The notes under the pieces are model-generated. The model was given only the letters and a program-made list of their open reading frames with translations. It was not told where the DNA came from and made no database searches. A DNA stretch of 64,000 nucleotides from Entomortierella parvispora E1425. Its lineage: Eukaryota; Fungi; Mortierellomycota. The DNA is taken from contig BQFW01000004.1 of NCBI GenBank assembly GCA_020891255.1, positions 1,550,001 through 1,614,000 of the forward strand. The letters are read 5' to 3'. This document shows positions 33,101 to 45,600 of the stretch, in pieces. A program made the position numbers and the translations under genes. Every line of letters starts with the position of its first letter. Position 1 is the first letter of the stretch.

Positions 33101-33763
33101 AGGTGACCTCCGGAGAGATTTTTTCGATCTCTGGGGTTTACTCGTGCCTGCCACGATCGGTGGTGCAGGCGGCGTCAATACTGTTGATTTGACAGCGGCA
33201 GAGGAGCCATGATCAGAACGCGATGTTGATTTTAAAGTCGATACTCGAGATGCAAGCGCGGGATCAGACGGTATGAGCGTGCTCCGAAAGGCGACTCTTG
33301 CAGTTGAAAACATTCTCACTGATCCAGTAGCAACCGCTCCTGATGAATGGATTTGTTGACATGTAACTTGGAAGGGTGATGAAGAGAGGGTGGTGAGGTA
33401 CGATATTGATGATCCTAAACTCCGAGGGTGTAATGGGAAGGTCCGCATCCTTTGATGATTTGTAAAGCTGATGGTTGATTGAAGAGAGAATGCGCGTGGC
33501 CGATCATCAGGGAAGTGAGCCCTGTATCCTTCAGCAGCGCCTAATGAGAATGGCCGAACTCTTTGATCTTGAAAACGCGGACGCCCTTGAGCGAGTGCAC
33601 TGCTGGGTATAGATCCGTTTCTTGGTATCCGCCTAGATCCGTGCCTATGTGATACTTGACTGGAGACAGAGTCCTTGACCGCTGAAAGGCGCTGAATTGA
33701 GCTGGAGAAGCATCTCCTCGGCGCCAATGGACAGGACGCCGTGAAGAACCTCCGAATATCCAT
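30197..33763 (-). CDS. Pentatricopeptide-repeat (PPR) protein, probably mitochondrial
   Basis: PPR-like repeats (PTASTYNVLLKAVG, ADQQTFRILMQ, PTSRSYEYLIQGFLSQGKVREA, PTQKTWILLFE) and an R/S-rich presequence-like N-terminus from Met at 33763. Confidence 0.72.
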   Translation of the reverse strand: MDIRRFFTASCPLAPRRCFSSSIQRLSAVKDSVSSQVSHRHGSRRIPRNGSIPSSALAQGRPRFQDQRVRPFSLGAAEGYRAHFPDDRPRAFSLQSTISFTNHQRMRTFPLHPRSLGSSISYLTTLSSSPFQVTCQQIHSSGAVATGSVRMFSTARVAFRSTLIPSDPALASRVSTLKSTSRSDHGSSAAVKSTVLTPPAPPIVAGTSKPQRSKKSLRRSPLGSHRRKLAAMHRVRLLKDVKRMKQATPRHSAQLSALSTVQSKTRTRTILQQKRRVEQFKAGRDYAYTMDAYGRLYPRYHHVHYHYKKQHKSRIRFLGFQHFLQRNRLTSERGRKALHWQRSAKLSKINQTHRNRNAIGTPRFQVTNGRLLLYLNRAIEQGLSEKAIRTAKLLLRVKRCGATLPRGRQCTKLIEMNEACYTASKKEPTSSPAVQFTVAECNAILSHCADIKDWTNGLRITNLLMTRYQSPGFDYGDHSMAAPNAATIHMMSTHYANSNRPDTALKMFQVLTKRYPSPIPVEIYASYLHQLSTKPESVLWIQKTLNHLWKHGPSPTASTYNVLLKAVGTGRGSRHAENILKEMELRGVQADQQTFRILMQLSLQDLKVNKAHFWLGEYRRHGFEVPPRMLDIFMKTCVEYSISAQAYSDSLAREWMYKALHVMQLISREGFRPTSRSYEYLIQGFLSQGKVREAKAAMDLMRNDSYLYTPTQKTWILLFEYHLSKGDEASAIEILNDMRRERTTGWGSSVLQAVSAMNRLPDYINPVPTSMYHQLFQHLLDHNKVSGAERALYELLIRQKQSRPRGKEVVKLIWELERHPKAAERVYELLYSQTEFESSNPGRTGRHRRNNRILIQGPIQMANVGVMRAKALSGDRTLHEETWKAWIEMTERFEAQSKFLALDAPKSVKDRQVLASAFDETVRALRHSGPKERDFQLLRRPKSKEDKPIVNDWDFSSVQQSSRRGTNSETQKQLVDRQGRPISERIPSKTVNKHLEASNKHRALLQQLLTQNGFLRPLTQRRASANDTEGEPLDDVSSVDSLLTEEQESHRLNQLRTCLEWAQKNQVPIQVQGLNCLLESLKSHQANEDVKEVVERYFLTPRSSGKTGKSRKPLMAANLQTLKVLAGHTKISSTLTTDHDNESNLLVDRVLSSMASSKSAGQLREDWFRHVDKEKAKRERLLSTGSPL

Positions 33764-34456
33764 GATGGAGGAGTCAGTTGTCTTCTCTCTCTGCTTCAGG
33801 CCCGATGGACTGGGTGCTGCCACAGAAGAGATGCTCCTGCCACTTTTCTAGATGTTCCAAAGGGGACGGATGGAGCTCGCTGCTACTTGGACCGGAGCAA
33901 TGGACTAAGATCGCGCGTGTTTGTTTGTTTTTTTGGGTCAAGGTTAGTTTGGGTTCATGCAGAAAGACGGGACGTCTAGAACGAGAGAATGCGTCCAAGT
34001 GAATGCTAACCTTGAGCTGCAAATCGACAATCCGACAATGCTGAGACAGACCAAGACAACGAAAGAAGAAGTTGTCCTGCTGAAGGGGGGTGATGGGGGG
34101 ATGAAGAGGGAAGGAAGACGATGATGCGTGAGCAAGGAGTGGCTCATGAGAAAGACGCATCAGACCGAACGAGCCCTGAGGGAGATCCCGAGGACGACAG
34201 ACAACACAAGCCAAGCCACCGATTTGGCCTCTTTCTCTCTCGATTATTTGATTTCTTGTGCCTGTCAAAGGGTAAAATCGCATTTGGGAATTTTTTTGTT
34301 GCATCTCCTCCGTGTTCTTCTTCTGGCTGTCCGCCGCTCTTGGGTGCACAAAGATCGATCAAGGACTGCGGTGTGGTATGGTGGTATGGTGGTATGGTGG
34401 TTTAATAATGGGAATGAAAAAATAACAATGGCAAAGAGACTACAATGGAGACACGC

Positions 34457-34631
34457 TTAGAGCGCCTTGGCGGTGGGGCTGATGATGCACATGGCACGGG
34501 CACGGCGGATAGCCTTGGTGACACGGCGCTGGTTCTTGGCCGAGAGACCGGTCTGTTCCCTTGACAAGATGCGTCCGAGAGGTGAGACGTAGTGTGACAA
34601 CAAGGCAGCATTCTTGAATTACAAAACATAA

Positions 34632-34668
<37 letters not shown>

Positions 34669-35679
34669 TCAGCTCTACGATCCTATCTCTTGCTTCAAAA
34701 TGTTCACACTACAGATCGAGCATATCCTTTCGTCTGCCCAGGCTCTTTTCGTGCTCTCTGATACCATGATCTGCACTGTCGCCCCCAAAGCAATGTCCTG
34801 CAGACGCCATACCTTGTACTCGACGACAGGGTTCAACTTCAAGATCTTGAGCTCGTCCACTGGCTTGGGGGGAGCGTCAAACTTTGTTGGTCCAGAGTCA
34901 TTAAGGTCTGATGGTTTGTAGATCTATAGAGAGGAAAATCAGTCGAGAAAGAAACATCCAAGTCTGTCAATTCTCGGGTCTTTTGTTCAGCGTGTGTGAT
35001 TCCGTCTGATCTGAGCGTTTCGTCCTTACATCGCCCTTGCGGTAGTTGCCGCGAGCCATCCTGAACTGCTCGTTGGGGAGAGCACCTGTTACCGCTATTA
35101 ATTGACAAAAGAAAGGCGATCACATACTGTAAGCAACTGCTCAGCAAAGCAAAAAGTACTGGTTCAGGGCTTAGAGTGTAAACACCTACGTGAGTTGATC
35201 GAAGACTTGAGAATATTCAACAAACCGTCCTCGGCTATCATTTTGCAGAACAAAGAATAGCTCTCGTGTTAGTTTGAGTTGAGAAGGAGACAAGTCCTGC
35301 GGAGTGTGTAGCGCTGTAATCCAGGTGCGGGCCTGTTGCAATGCCGGCTAGTGGAAACATGGGGTCGATGCATCGAACCACATGGACGATGTCCAGTCAG
35401 TCTGTAGTGTGCTCATGGTCTGCTCTTCCTTCCAACGTCCTTGGCTGGTTCCATCTATTTTATCCGTTCAGCTGTACACTGCATCGAGGAATGCAAGTAC
35501 GTTTGCGCCGTTGTGTTTCCTGTATGTCTGTCCATTGCATCCTTACGTGTGTGACGACCGTCGGCACCAGAAGCATTGGAATTGTAACGGATGGCAACGA
35601 TGCTGTGGGCGGAAGTAGGGGTGGCCATGACAGCCTTGGGGACGACTGCAGCGGTCCTGGCGAGCGAGCTTCTGAGCAT
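34457..35679 (-). CDS. RSM18: Mitochondrial ribosomal protein bS18m (multi-exon)
   Basis: The spliced product reads IYKPSDL...[10 protein letters not shown] / [41 protein letters not shown], which is the S18 signature. It has a presequence MLRSSLAR. Confidence 0.85.
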
Positions 35680-36723
35680 TGTGGAGATGATGGTGTAGTC
35701 GGGTTGATTCAATGGAAGGGAATGCAAGCGAGCAAGACGAGACAGAGAGCAGACAAAGGCAGTTGAATGTGCATCCATCCTTGACTTGCAACCGTTCGCC
35801 AGTCCAGGTCCGCCCTCTCCGCGAGCCTGCTCCGGTGGCTTTGATTTTCAAACAAACATCTCTCAATTTTTACGCCACCAATTCGACTGTGCACGTGATA
35901 CTTTCATCTTGCGCTGCACCATTCAGCTTTCTCCTCGGAGAATACAATGGCCGTAGATGAAAGGCGGTCGTCTGCGCCGCGACAAGTCCCTGCAATATGT
36001 GAAACTGCACAGATGCTGCACAGAATAACGAAACAGTTAACTTTAAAGTTGCGCCAGCTGCTGTGCTACCGCAGTCAAAGAAATGTTCACAGGAGGTCTG
36101 CGCTCGACTTTTGAACGTGCCAAGAAAACGTGCCAAGAAACGTGCCAAAAAGAGTCAACATGGTGCAAAGTGCTGCGTGCGGGCGCTGTGGGGGCTGTGC
36201 GTTGCTCCCTATTATCTGTGGTCATTAGTAACATATAGAGCGTTACAGCCCAGATGTTTCTACCTTGATTTACACCTTGCCGTTTTAATTTTGCAAGATC
36301 ACCAGTCGATCGTCTACACGGCCACAGAGTTTCGACTGCTGCGGTTAGCCCTTCGCTCCTCTATGGCCACGAGTCCGTGGGATTCACGTTTTCTGACGAA
36401 AAAGGAAGGAAAAGGGCCACCGAAGATGCCGCGGAGAAAAAAAAAAAAAAAAAAAAATTGGGATTTCGTACCTGCATGAGGAGCAACGCACAGCACAGCC
36501 ACATTTTTTTTACATTTTTTTTTTTTTCAGGAAAGTAGAAACACTTTGTGCAAGCTAGTGTCGTTCGGAACAACACCAAAAGTCCATACTTAGGTTGCCA
36601 CGTCAGCGAACCCCTTAGAAGCATACCAATCGAACACACGTGATGTAGCTACGCCCAACGAGGCTAATCATTCTCAAAACCCGGTTGCCTTTTTATTTCA
36701 CATGAGCTAGCCCGGTTTTTGTT

Positions 36724-38760
36724 TTATTTACTTGGCGTCGTCATGGATCGCAGTAGTTCAGCATATGGGTCAAAAGAATCGTCAGTCTGACTCGTGTCCG
36801 AATTGCCGTCTTGCCCTTTACCCTGTCGTAGGTCATCACTTGTTGACACCTCGGCGATGTCTTGGACTATGTTCGACTTTGCCGTCAAAGATTGCAAAGC
36901 TTCCACGTCACCCTCCGCCTCTTCGCCTCCTCGTGAACCCTCCGCGGCCTTCGTCAGTGCCGCAGTTGTTTTGTCTTCCGCGCCTGCACGCTCACGCGCT
37001 TGCCGTTTTTCCTCCCTGATCTTCATCTTTAATTTCTTTCGCTTCATCCGCTGTTGTTGCTCGAAAGCATATTGTTCCTGAGGTGTCCGTTTTTCAACCT
37101 AGAAAACGGAAAAATGACAATTAAATTTCGTAATACTCTTTCCATGTTTTTTTTCAATCTCGCCAAGCCGCTCCTGCATTGCAGCTGCTGCAAGTGATCG
37201 GCGGACAAAAATTCACCAGTCCTTCACCGATCCACTCTTGCTGTACGTACACGTCGAGGGGGCAAAAACTCGTAATCGTTCCGACGCAGGGCGCCAGTTG
37301 CCGCAAATTTGTAACGGCTATATTGTTCCTGGACATATGAAGTCATGACGGCTTCCACATCACGAATGTAATCGCTCCGACTTGCTTGCAAAATCGAAAT
37401 TGGAAAAATGTCTGGTAGGGCTGGAAGTTCGTTCCTGAGTTTCTCTGTATCACCCGTAGGGTTCAGCTGATGTTTTTCCTGTGCTTTCACAAGTAAGTCG
37501 ACCAAGGCAGGTTGTGTCTCCTGATTCTGCTCAGATGACATTTCCACAATATTGGTCATTTCCACGTCTTGATCCCTGGACATGTTTGTGGCGAGGTTAC
37601 TCGTTGTCGATATTGACTTGGCCTTCCCTTCTGACAGGTGCTCCTTGATGACAAATGATGGTACAGGTTCGGCGTGTCGTAAATTGATTTCCGAAGGGTG
37701 CTGTTTCGCCAAGTGGGTTAACACTGCTCCGCTCGCATTTCTCGTCAAAGACAAAGTCACCAGATCCCTCTTTGCGTAGTAGTACTTTGACGACATGTCA
37801 TACAAATCTGTCATTAATGGAGCAATTGGGACCTATTATTTGACCAGAAGAAAAAAAAAGAAAAAAAAGGAAAGATGAGATTAATCTCGAAACATAAGGA
37901 GCATGAGAGTCGACGTTTGACTCTTCCCAGCCTTCCGATGCATCCAATATACTTTTCAACTTACAAGCCCATTGTCGTCCAGAGTATCCTTTTCGAGACG
38001 CAGTAATGTATCTTCAGCGAGAGCAGCAAGGTTCGCGCTCTCGTCTGCGACATGCGTGGCACTTAATTTCGAATTTGCAACGAAAATGAACGCGTTTCTT
38101 TGTCGTAGCTGATGGATCACAGAGATGAGATCGAGAGCATCCATCCGAAACGCCTGAATGTAAAGGTCCTGAATATCCTGCCATTGAGTTGTTGTCATTC
38201 GGATACCTGCCTTCTTAAACCGCGATGGCTGTGAGAAATAAAACATGAACAGTCCAAAAACAGCCCCTGCTTTTGATTTCAGGGACCTCGAGGCAAGCCG
38301 AGCTATTTTAGTCAAGCGGGCTGATGAGTGAAGGACCCTCGAGGTGACATACATGCATGAAGATGGGCTGTCATAGCGCAGTTTTGCACAGCAAAACAGG
38401 GCTTGGATGCATTTAGGATAATACTATTACCGAGGAGAGAATCATAGATAGCCTGCGTGAACGAGCTTCGAGCCTGTCCCTGTGGAGCAGCGAAATGGAC
38501 CAGGGCCATGCGGTGTTTCCTCCATGAGGCAACGAATGAGGCATAGCTTGAGACGGGAGACTGTTGCGTAGAGTGACGAAGAGGTCAGTGAGAGTGAGGG
38601 TCATGGAGGGTCATGGAGAGTAATCAGCAAAGAGTTGGTGGAAGGTTCATGGTACCATGAACATATTACGTTACCGCTTCAAATGTTCCAAGTAGTTGGC
38701 TAATGTCCTCCAGCAGAGCATTCTTGATGAGTGCACTCTTTCCACATGACAAACAACTCA
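36724..38760 (-). CDS. SNAPC1: snRNA-activating protein complex subunit 1 (SNAP43)-like, multi-exon; 5' end uncertain
   Basis: ALLEDISQLLGTFE, FTQAIYDSLL and KAGAVFGLFMFYFSQP...IRMTTTQW...LRQRNAFIFVA resemble human SNAPC1 RVGALYLLYGLYNTQ...LRLDRAFHFTA (from memory). Confidence 0.68.
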
Positions 38761-39087
38761 TAAGGCACAGTGGGGGCGAAGGGACAGGACAAGATGTGTG
38801 TGGTTTGTGCGGTGTTGTGCTGTGTGGATAGAAAAGGCCTCTGGAAGGGTTCACCCGCAAGCAGAAAGAGAAACTTTGAATCTTTGGCAAAGCCAAGCCG
38901 CTTCGACTCAACTATAAATTCTTCACTTCTCGCTCTCCTTTCTTTCCCCCAATTTCGCGTTTTGCTCAGCCCTTGATTCTTTGTCCATAAACACCACAAC
39001 ACCGCCTTTCACAACTGCAAACTTGTCACATTCGCCAGCGCCAAGATAAATCCAACTATTCATCCCCAAGACCCTTCACTTGAGAAA

Positions 39088-41950
39088 ATGTGTGGACCAT
39101 CATCAACACACTCAAGATCAACTCGCGCCTTTGTAGTCAAAGAGCCCAACCTCCGTCGCAGCCGCTATGCCGCTCTGCCAGAGGCGAAGGAACAACCAGA
39201 TCAGCTTACTTTGCCATCGGCGGAGGGCCAATTGAGGGCGAAGAAAACACCCAGATTAGTACGGCGCTCTAAAAAGCGAACTGTTCGCCAAGAAAAAGAC
39301 GATCTTCGTGATCCAAAACGAGTCTGCCGTGGCGATCCTCCTTTAGAACTCCAACATCTCAAAAATTTAAGCAGAGCTCCCTCCTCCACCACTCGACATG
39401 CAGCTGCCTCGCTGGCTGGTTTACCACGCGAGCTGCTGAGCCAGCTTTATGGGTACGTGCAAAAGACGGTGGACGTTGTCCATCTCTCCATGACTTGCAA
39501 GCCTTTGAACGAGGTGCTTTCCTCCAGAATTATGGCCGAAACGTATATCCGGACCAAGCCCAGATGGTGCCTAGACATTGGCCTTTCTCAGCAGATCCGC
39601 CTCAGGCAACTTGACCTCAAAGTCTGGAGCAAATACCTCGCTGAGGAACACGTACTAAATGTGAAACTTCAGGGCCCTCCACTGGAGGAGGATAATGATG
39701 AGGAAGATGCTGAAATGACAGATCCGGAGGACATTCAAGCTCCTCCTCCTGAAAGGCAACAAGCGGTGGCAAAGGCCAATGGCTCGTGGCGATATGAACT
39801 ATGTGCCCCAACGAAACTTGTCCTCAACACATTGTTTGGAAAGATCTTGCAGCGGCTCCCCGCTGTCGACTCGACCGTAGACCAATGTACACGGTGGATG
39901 AACAGTGGACCATTGGTATCGCACACGGATGCAAGCTCTGGCAAAACACTTGTCTGCTATATGCAAAAGTCGGACTCGGCTGCCCGAATCCTGATCAGCA
40001 ACCAACTCGATTGTTCAGACGTCGCCGCAGAGATCCCTGAGGAGTTCTGGCGTCCACTCGAGGAGAGCTTTTCCTTCCCCAGCAACCCCAACTACCCACC
40101 CATGCCGCTTTCAAAGATGGTCCAGATCATGGCCATGAAATTCTATCCTCACCAAAGAAATCGGCAAGGGAAGATGAGAGTGCTAATTGTACTTGCCTTT
40201 GGACGGGGGAGCTACACGCCTCCAGTGAATGCTGCTATGGCCGCAACCAACAACAATGGTGCTCAGGACGCCGCTCTATTGGACATTTGGGAGGTTATCA
40301 AAGTAAGTTGACCCTCAACTGTTACAAGATACCACACAGTTCTGTTACTGACCCCCCTCCCCTGTTTTGCCTCTCCCTTTTGTTTCATTCTAGGTTATCG
40401 AAGTCTTTATTACTGTTACTCCACGGACATCAGGGGGAGCTCTGGAACCACCAACTCAGGGACAGACCGAGAAAATCGTCCTCAACTCACACCAGGATGC
40501 CCTTCGGGGTCGAATCATTGAAATCTACAATACACCTGCAACAACTCAGTCCACCTCAGTTCCATCATCCGAGCCCGTCATGGAAGACCGGATAGTGCTG
40601 ATCGGCCTTCGACAATACTCTGAACGAGGCAATGCCAATGTGATCCTTATGAAATGCCAATTGTTCCAACCCACTCTGCCCGCCATTCCCGGAACGCCCT
40701 CGCCCGCGCAGAGCAAATGGATCTGCCACGTACTGGCCACCCACGGCCTTGCTGGATTGGAAGCCACCTGCATGACCCTCTTCCCTTCTCGGAGTCCCCT
40801 CGAGCGCCTCGTCGCGATTCTGGACAAATCAGGACGCGGAGAAATCTGGGACTGGATCCACGTTCGCCGCGTGGCTATGCTCTCCTTGGCCGATGTGCAG
40901 GCCACCGTCAGTGAAACTGTTTCTTCGACACCGGCCACGGCCACCGCACCCCGCCCACCGCAGGCTCTTTTGATGCCCAGGAAATGCATCGATGGCACAC
41001 CCTACACTCCCCTTCAAGTCTTGTCCCAGACACATCACCATTTGCAACAGAGAAAGAACAGGCGCCAAGGACTTCATTATTGGGGGATACATGCGAGCTA
41101 CGCCATGGAGTTAAACAGCCATGGGCAGAACGAAGCACCGGACTTGAACTGGGGCGATATACGACTTGTGGCGATGGCCGATGGCATGGAACGGCAAAAC
41201 GAAGCCAGCTGGTGGCACGTTGATGAGGAGCGGATGTTGAAGCACCTGGATGCGATTCAGGTTCTCACTGTGGAAAATGCTCGGGAGAATCCCACCACAA
41301 CGACAGCGACGCGACCGGGCACCCTGCGAAGGCTCCCTCCACTAGAAATTCGATCTTCAGGTCGTCATTTTGAGTACCAGACATTGAGCAGGACGATCAC
41401 CTTTCTCCCGGACGAAACCGCGGGCCAGGGCAAGGAGACAAAGGCAAAGAAGCCATCGTACAAGACGATCCTTGGAAAAACGGTGGAACCGCTTCAGACA
41501 AACGCGTTCCTTGTGTGGGAACACTATCGCATCCTGCTTTCTGCAGAGAATGGACTCTGCATTGTGGATATGGACCAAGAGCCCACGGGGGATATTTTAC
41601 CACCCTTGAAAATGACCAGTGCCAAGGAGAAAGAACTGCAGGCCTCCCTTCCCTCCGCTTCCAATGCCGCGAGCAGTGAAATGACGTGTACTACTGGAAC
41701 CACTGAAAATCAACGAAGAGTGGGAGGTCCTCACATTTTAGAAGAGGACACGCTCCCCACCGTCTGGGTGACGGTTCTGGAGAATTCAGAAGAAGATCCC
41801 ATTACAGATATATCTACTGTGGATGCCTGCCTTTTGGTCACGCGAAAGTACTCCCATCTAATGTGGCCTTTCCGCGATTTGGTCTCCAAACTTCCCACTC
41901 CTCCCTCTTCTTCATCAACGACTTTGTCACAAAACAATAAATTGGTTTGA
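39088..41950 (+). CDS. Hypothetical F-box-like protein; intron 40303-40393
   Basis: F-box-like LAGLPRELLSQLYGYVQKTVDVVHLSMTCKPL. The intron links the 407-aa and 456-aa ORFs in frame. Confidence 0.55.
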
Positions 41951-42668
41951 GGCCTTGGGAACAAATAATCAGATCAGAACATGAGCATGCAGGCTTCCGA
42001 AGGTTGAGGTGAAGGCAATATGCAAACGAGGTTTTCTTAGCCTTTGCAAAATGCAAAATGCAGAATGTAAAAAAAAAAAAAAAAAAAAAAAAATGGCATC
42101 GCATGGTGTGGAACGAACAAAGGTGCAGGCAAAATTCAATACAAACTGGGCAAAGCAAACCTTGGAGACTTTGCCTGTAATTCAGACTCAGGTGCCACTC
42201 CTATGACTAAAAACGTCAGAAAAACAACATATCAACACCGTATCGAAAAAGGGAAAAAAAGAAAAAAAAAAAAAGGCCAATGGGCAATGGCGAAGCACAA
42301 CTTCATATGATCTGTAACTAGACTGCGCCAATCCGAGGGGCTTGTTGTCGCACAAGGCAAGGCGAAGGCGAAGATCAGGGGGAGGGGCTGGCGATCTTCA
42401 ATGGAACGAAAAATTAATATCAGGGGGAGGATGCCCTGAAAAAGGAGTTGAAAGCTGGAACAGGGAGGGGGCCAAGTTTTGAAGAATCAAAAAAAACCAT
42501 CAATTGATCAAGGAAAATGCAAGGCAAAGCTGAAAGAACATTGAGCCTTCGTTTTTCCTGTATGTACGACATGCAAAGAATCTTCTCGACCTTTTAGCAG
42601 TGTAAATAAATCAAAAAAGGAAAAAAGACAAGGCTTTTTGGCAAAGTAATTTTGTTGCTCTTTAATCA

Positions 42669-45600
42669 TCAGGGCGAAGTCGTGACGTCTGAATGCACTT
42701 GTGCACTCAGAGGCGAAGGTGATGGAGGTTGGTAGGATAAGCTAGTGCTTGATCCAGACTTGTGGATCGAGGGGGTCGTGACAATTCTTGAAGGCAACTG
42801 ACGTTGTTGCTCATGGGGTTCGGGGGGAGGGGCTAATGAAGAGGAGGGTGCAATTGGCTCGCGGTAGGCCTGCTGCAAGGATACATTGGAAGATCCTGCA
42901 GACCGCGACGGCAAAGACGGCAAAGAAGGCGAAGGGACGGGAGGCAAAGCTGTCTCTTTGTCTTGCAACGACTGCACATAGTTGTAGGATGACGTCCGTC
43001 GACTGTGTTGGAACGAAGGGTCATTGGGTTTCAAAATCTGATCCGGGCTCCCAGCCTCGGCAGCGAGCTTTGCCTGCTGCTGTTGCTGCACCGCCAACAA
43101 TTGCTGCTGAATCTCCAGAGGCGTAGGTAGGTACATTCCAGATGTAGTCGACGCGCCTCTGACAGCTGTGCCAGCAGCCCCAGATTCAGCACCTGTGTCA
43201 TTAACGTTGATCTGGATCATGGTCAAATCATAAGGTTGGTCATCGGGATTCGATGGACCCTTGGTGTAGTTCTTTCCACCTCGGCCATGGGCTTTAGCGG
43301 CCTGCTTTGCGGCCTTCTTTGCGGCTTTCTCGGCCGCCTTCTCGGCGTTCTTCTCGTCTTCCTTTTTCAAAATGGCCTTTTCTTGCTCCGATTGGCCTTG
43401 GGGAGTCATACCGTCGGGTGCCAGTCCAGTCCACTTGACCTTGTTAGCAATAGCGTTCCATTTCTCTGAAATCATGATGCCTCGGACCACATGGACATCA
43501 TCTGGGAACCACCAGGCGCTCACAAACAGCACCGTGTAGCGAACCAGGAATGCTGTTGTCACGGCCAAGAGCAATAGGAACCAGAAAGGTCCTTGACTAA
43601 ACAGATGAAGTCCCACATGGTAGATTGGCGATGCCGTGAACTCTCCGTAAATGAGAACCAACAGGACCAGGAAAGTAATCGAGCCCCAGACAGCAAAGTG
43701 CATCAACCAAGTCCAGTGGTAAGTATGGAGACCCACGTACAAGGACGCGATTACCACATTCGTAATTGCCACCGCGGTTGAGAATTCCAGCAAGGAAGAA
43801 TCAATACCGTTTCGGCCCAGGACATTGATCCCAAAGACTCCACGCCAGAACCAAAAGACGATCAGGGACTGCCAGACACCATCCAACATGTAGGCAACAA
43901 ACCGGTACTGGTTATATCGCTTCTGATGGATACCCAGTCTGTAAACACCAGGGTATCGGAGGACGTAAGGCGCAATGAGATCTTGGTCTGTAGCACCCAG
44001 CACGAGCACTGGAACTGCAGTCAACATCAAATTGTAGAGTGACACGAACGTGTAGTCGTAGAAAAGATTGGCAGAGAAACTAACGAAAATAAAACAAAAA
44101 GACGCGCTCGCGTTAGAACAAGCCATCCAGACACTCATCATGATCCAAAAGTTATCAAAAAGATGCAACCCATCCTTACCCGCAGTAGATCTGGAACCAG
44201 AGGACAGCGGCCACCCAGAGCACGTTCTTGAAGAAAAAGTTGAGAATCATCTCTGCGATTCTCATGTAACCCCAATGACCATGGACCAGAACCAGCTTGC
44301 GAATAAACCGGAACTGCGTGATACTGTAATCCGAGGCCATAGCGGCCTGCATTCCTTCTTGTCCGGCAATACCCACTCCAATGTTTGCGGCCTGGATCAT
44401 CGAGACATCGTTGGCTCCATCACCGATAGCGAGGCAGACCGTCTTCTTTCCACGGCGGATCAGCTCTACCACCAATGCCTTCTGAAGAGGTGAGGCACGG
44501 CAGCAGATGACAGAGAAGCAGACGTCCGACAACTTGATCAAATCCTGGCGGGACTCTGGGTCGTCCAAAAGGATCTTGAGGGCTGATCCGTCCACGATCA
44601 GGGCATGTTGGAGCGAGCCCTGCTCTTGCTGCAAGGGGTCCTCATGCACAGTCCCACTTGGGGTTGGTGGCAAATGCTTCTCATTGTCCCAAGTGTTTTC
44701 GTGGGTCTGTTGAGGTACCTGTTCCTGCTCCTCGTGCACCTCCGCCTTTTCACTGAAGGGCAGTTGATTCTCGCTCTGCACTCTGGGCACCTCCTCCTCT
44801 TCCTCGACGCCTCCTTTACCACTCAAAACACCTTGAACCAGGCCCTTGAATCGCAGAAGCACCTTGGTAGGCTCCTCGTTGCGTGACATCTTCATGATAT
44901 GGAGCTTCATGTTCTTTTCCAGCAACCGAGAGGCGAAACCGATATTAATGGCTGTCTCCAACTTGTCTCCAGTCAAAACCCAGACCTTGATGCCAGCCTC
45001 CCTGAGAGCAGCAATACTCTCTGGAACGCCCTCCTGCAATTTGTCCTCGATGGCAGAGGCTCCAACGAGTGTCAGGTCGGTCTCGATCTCTTCTGCGACT
45101 TTGTCCAACTTCTGGGCTCTGTCGTCCAGGGCTTTTCCTGCATCTGCATACTTGGCTGCCCAAGCATCATAAGTTTCCTGGTCCAAAACTCTCTGGGCCA
45201 GTGTCAAAGTACGCAGACCCATGTTACTGAAGGTTTCGATATCTGCTTCAGTCTGGTCCCGGAACTGTTGATCTTCATCCGAATGACTGAGACGCTCAAA
45301 AATGACGTTATCGGCGCCCTTGGTCAACAGCAAGATCCTGCCGCCCAACTCTTGTGGCTCCCTAACAATGACCGTCATACGCTTGCGAGTCGAGTTGAAC
45401 TTGATCAGGTCCAATTGTTCATAGGTATAGTCCTGTCCCAAAATGTTCAAGTTGACGTTCTGTCTCGATTTGGTGCCGCCCTTGGCACCCTCTTTCTCTC
45501 CATTGGTGTTGGCGACAGCTCCACGAGAGACAAAGACAAAGCCGACGTTTTTGGCAGCAGAAACGAGCGCAGCCTCATCAGGGGACTCTGCACGGTAGTT

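Noticed and set aside
36110-36150. Triple AACGTGCCAAGA repeat and ORF 35870-36148
   Set aside because: The repeat is short and imperfect, with no recognisable domain or splice support.
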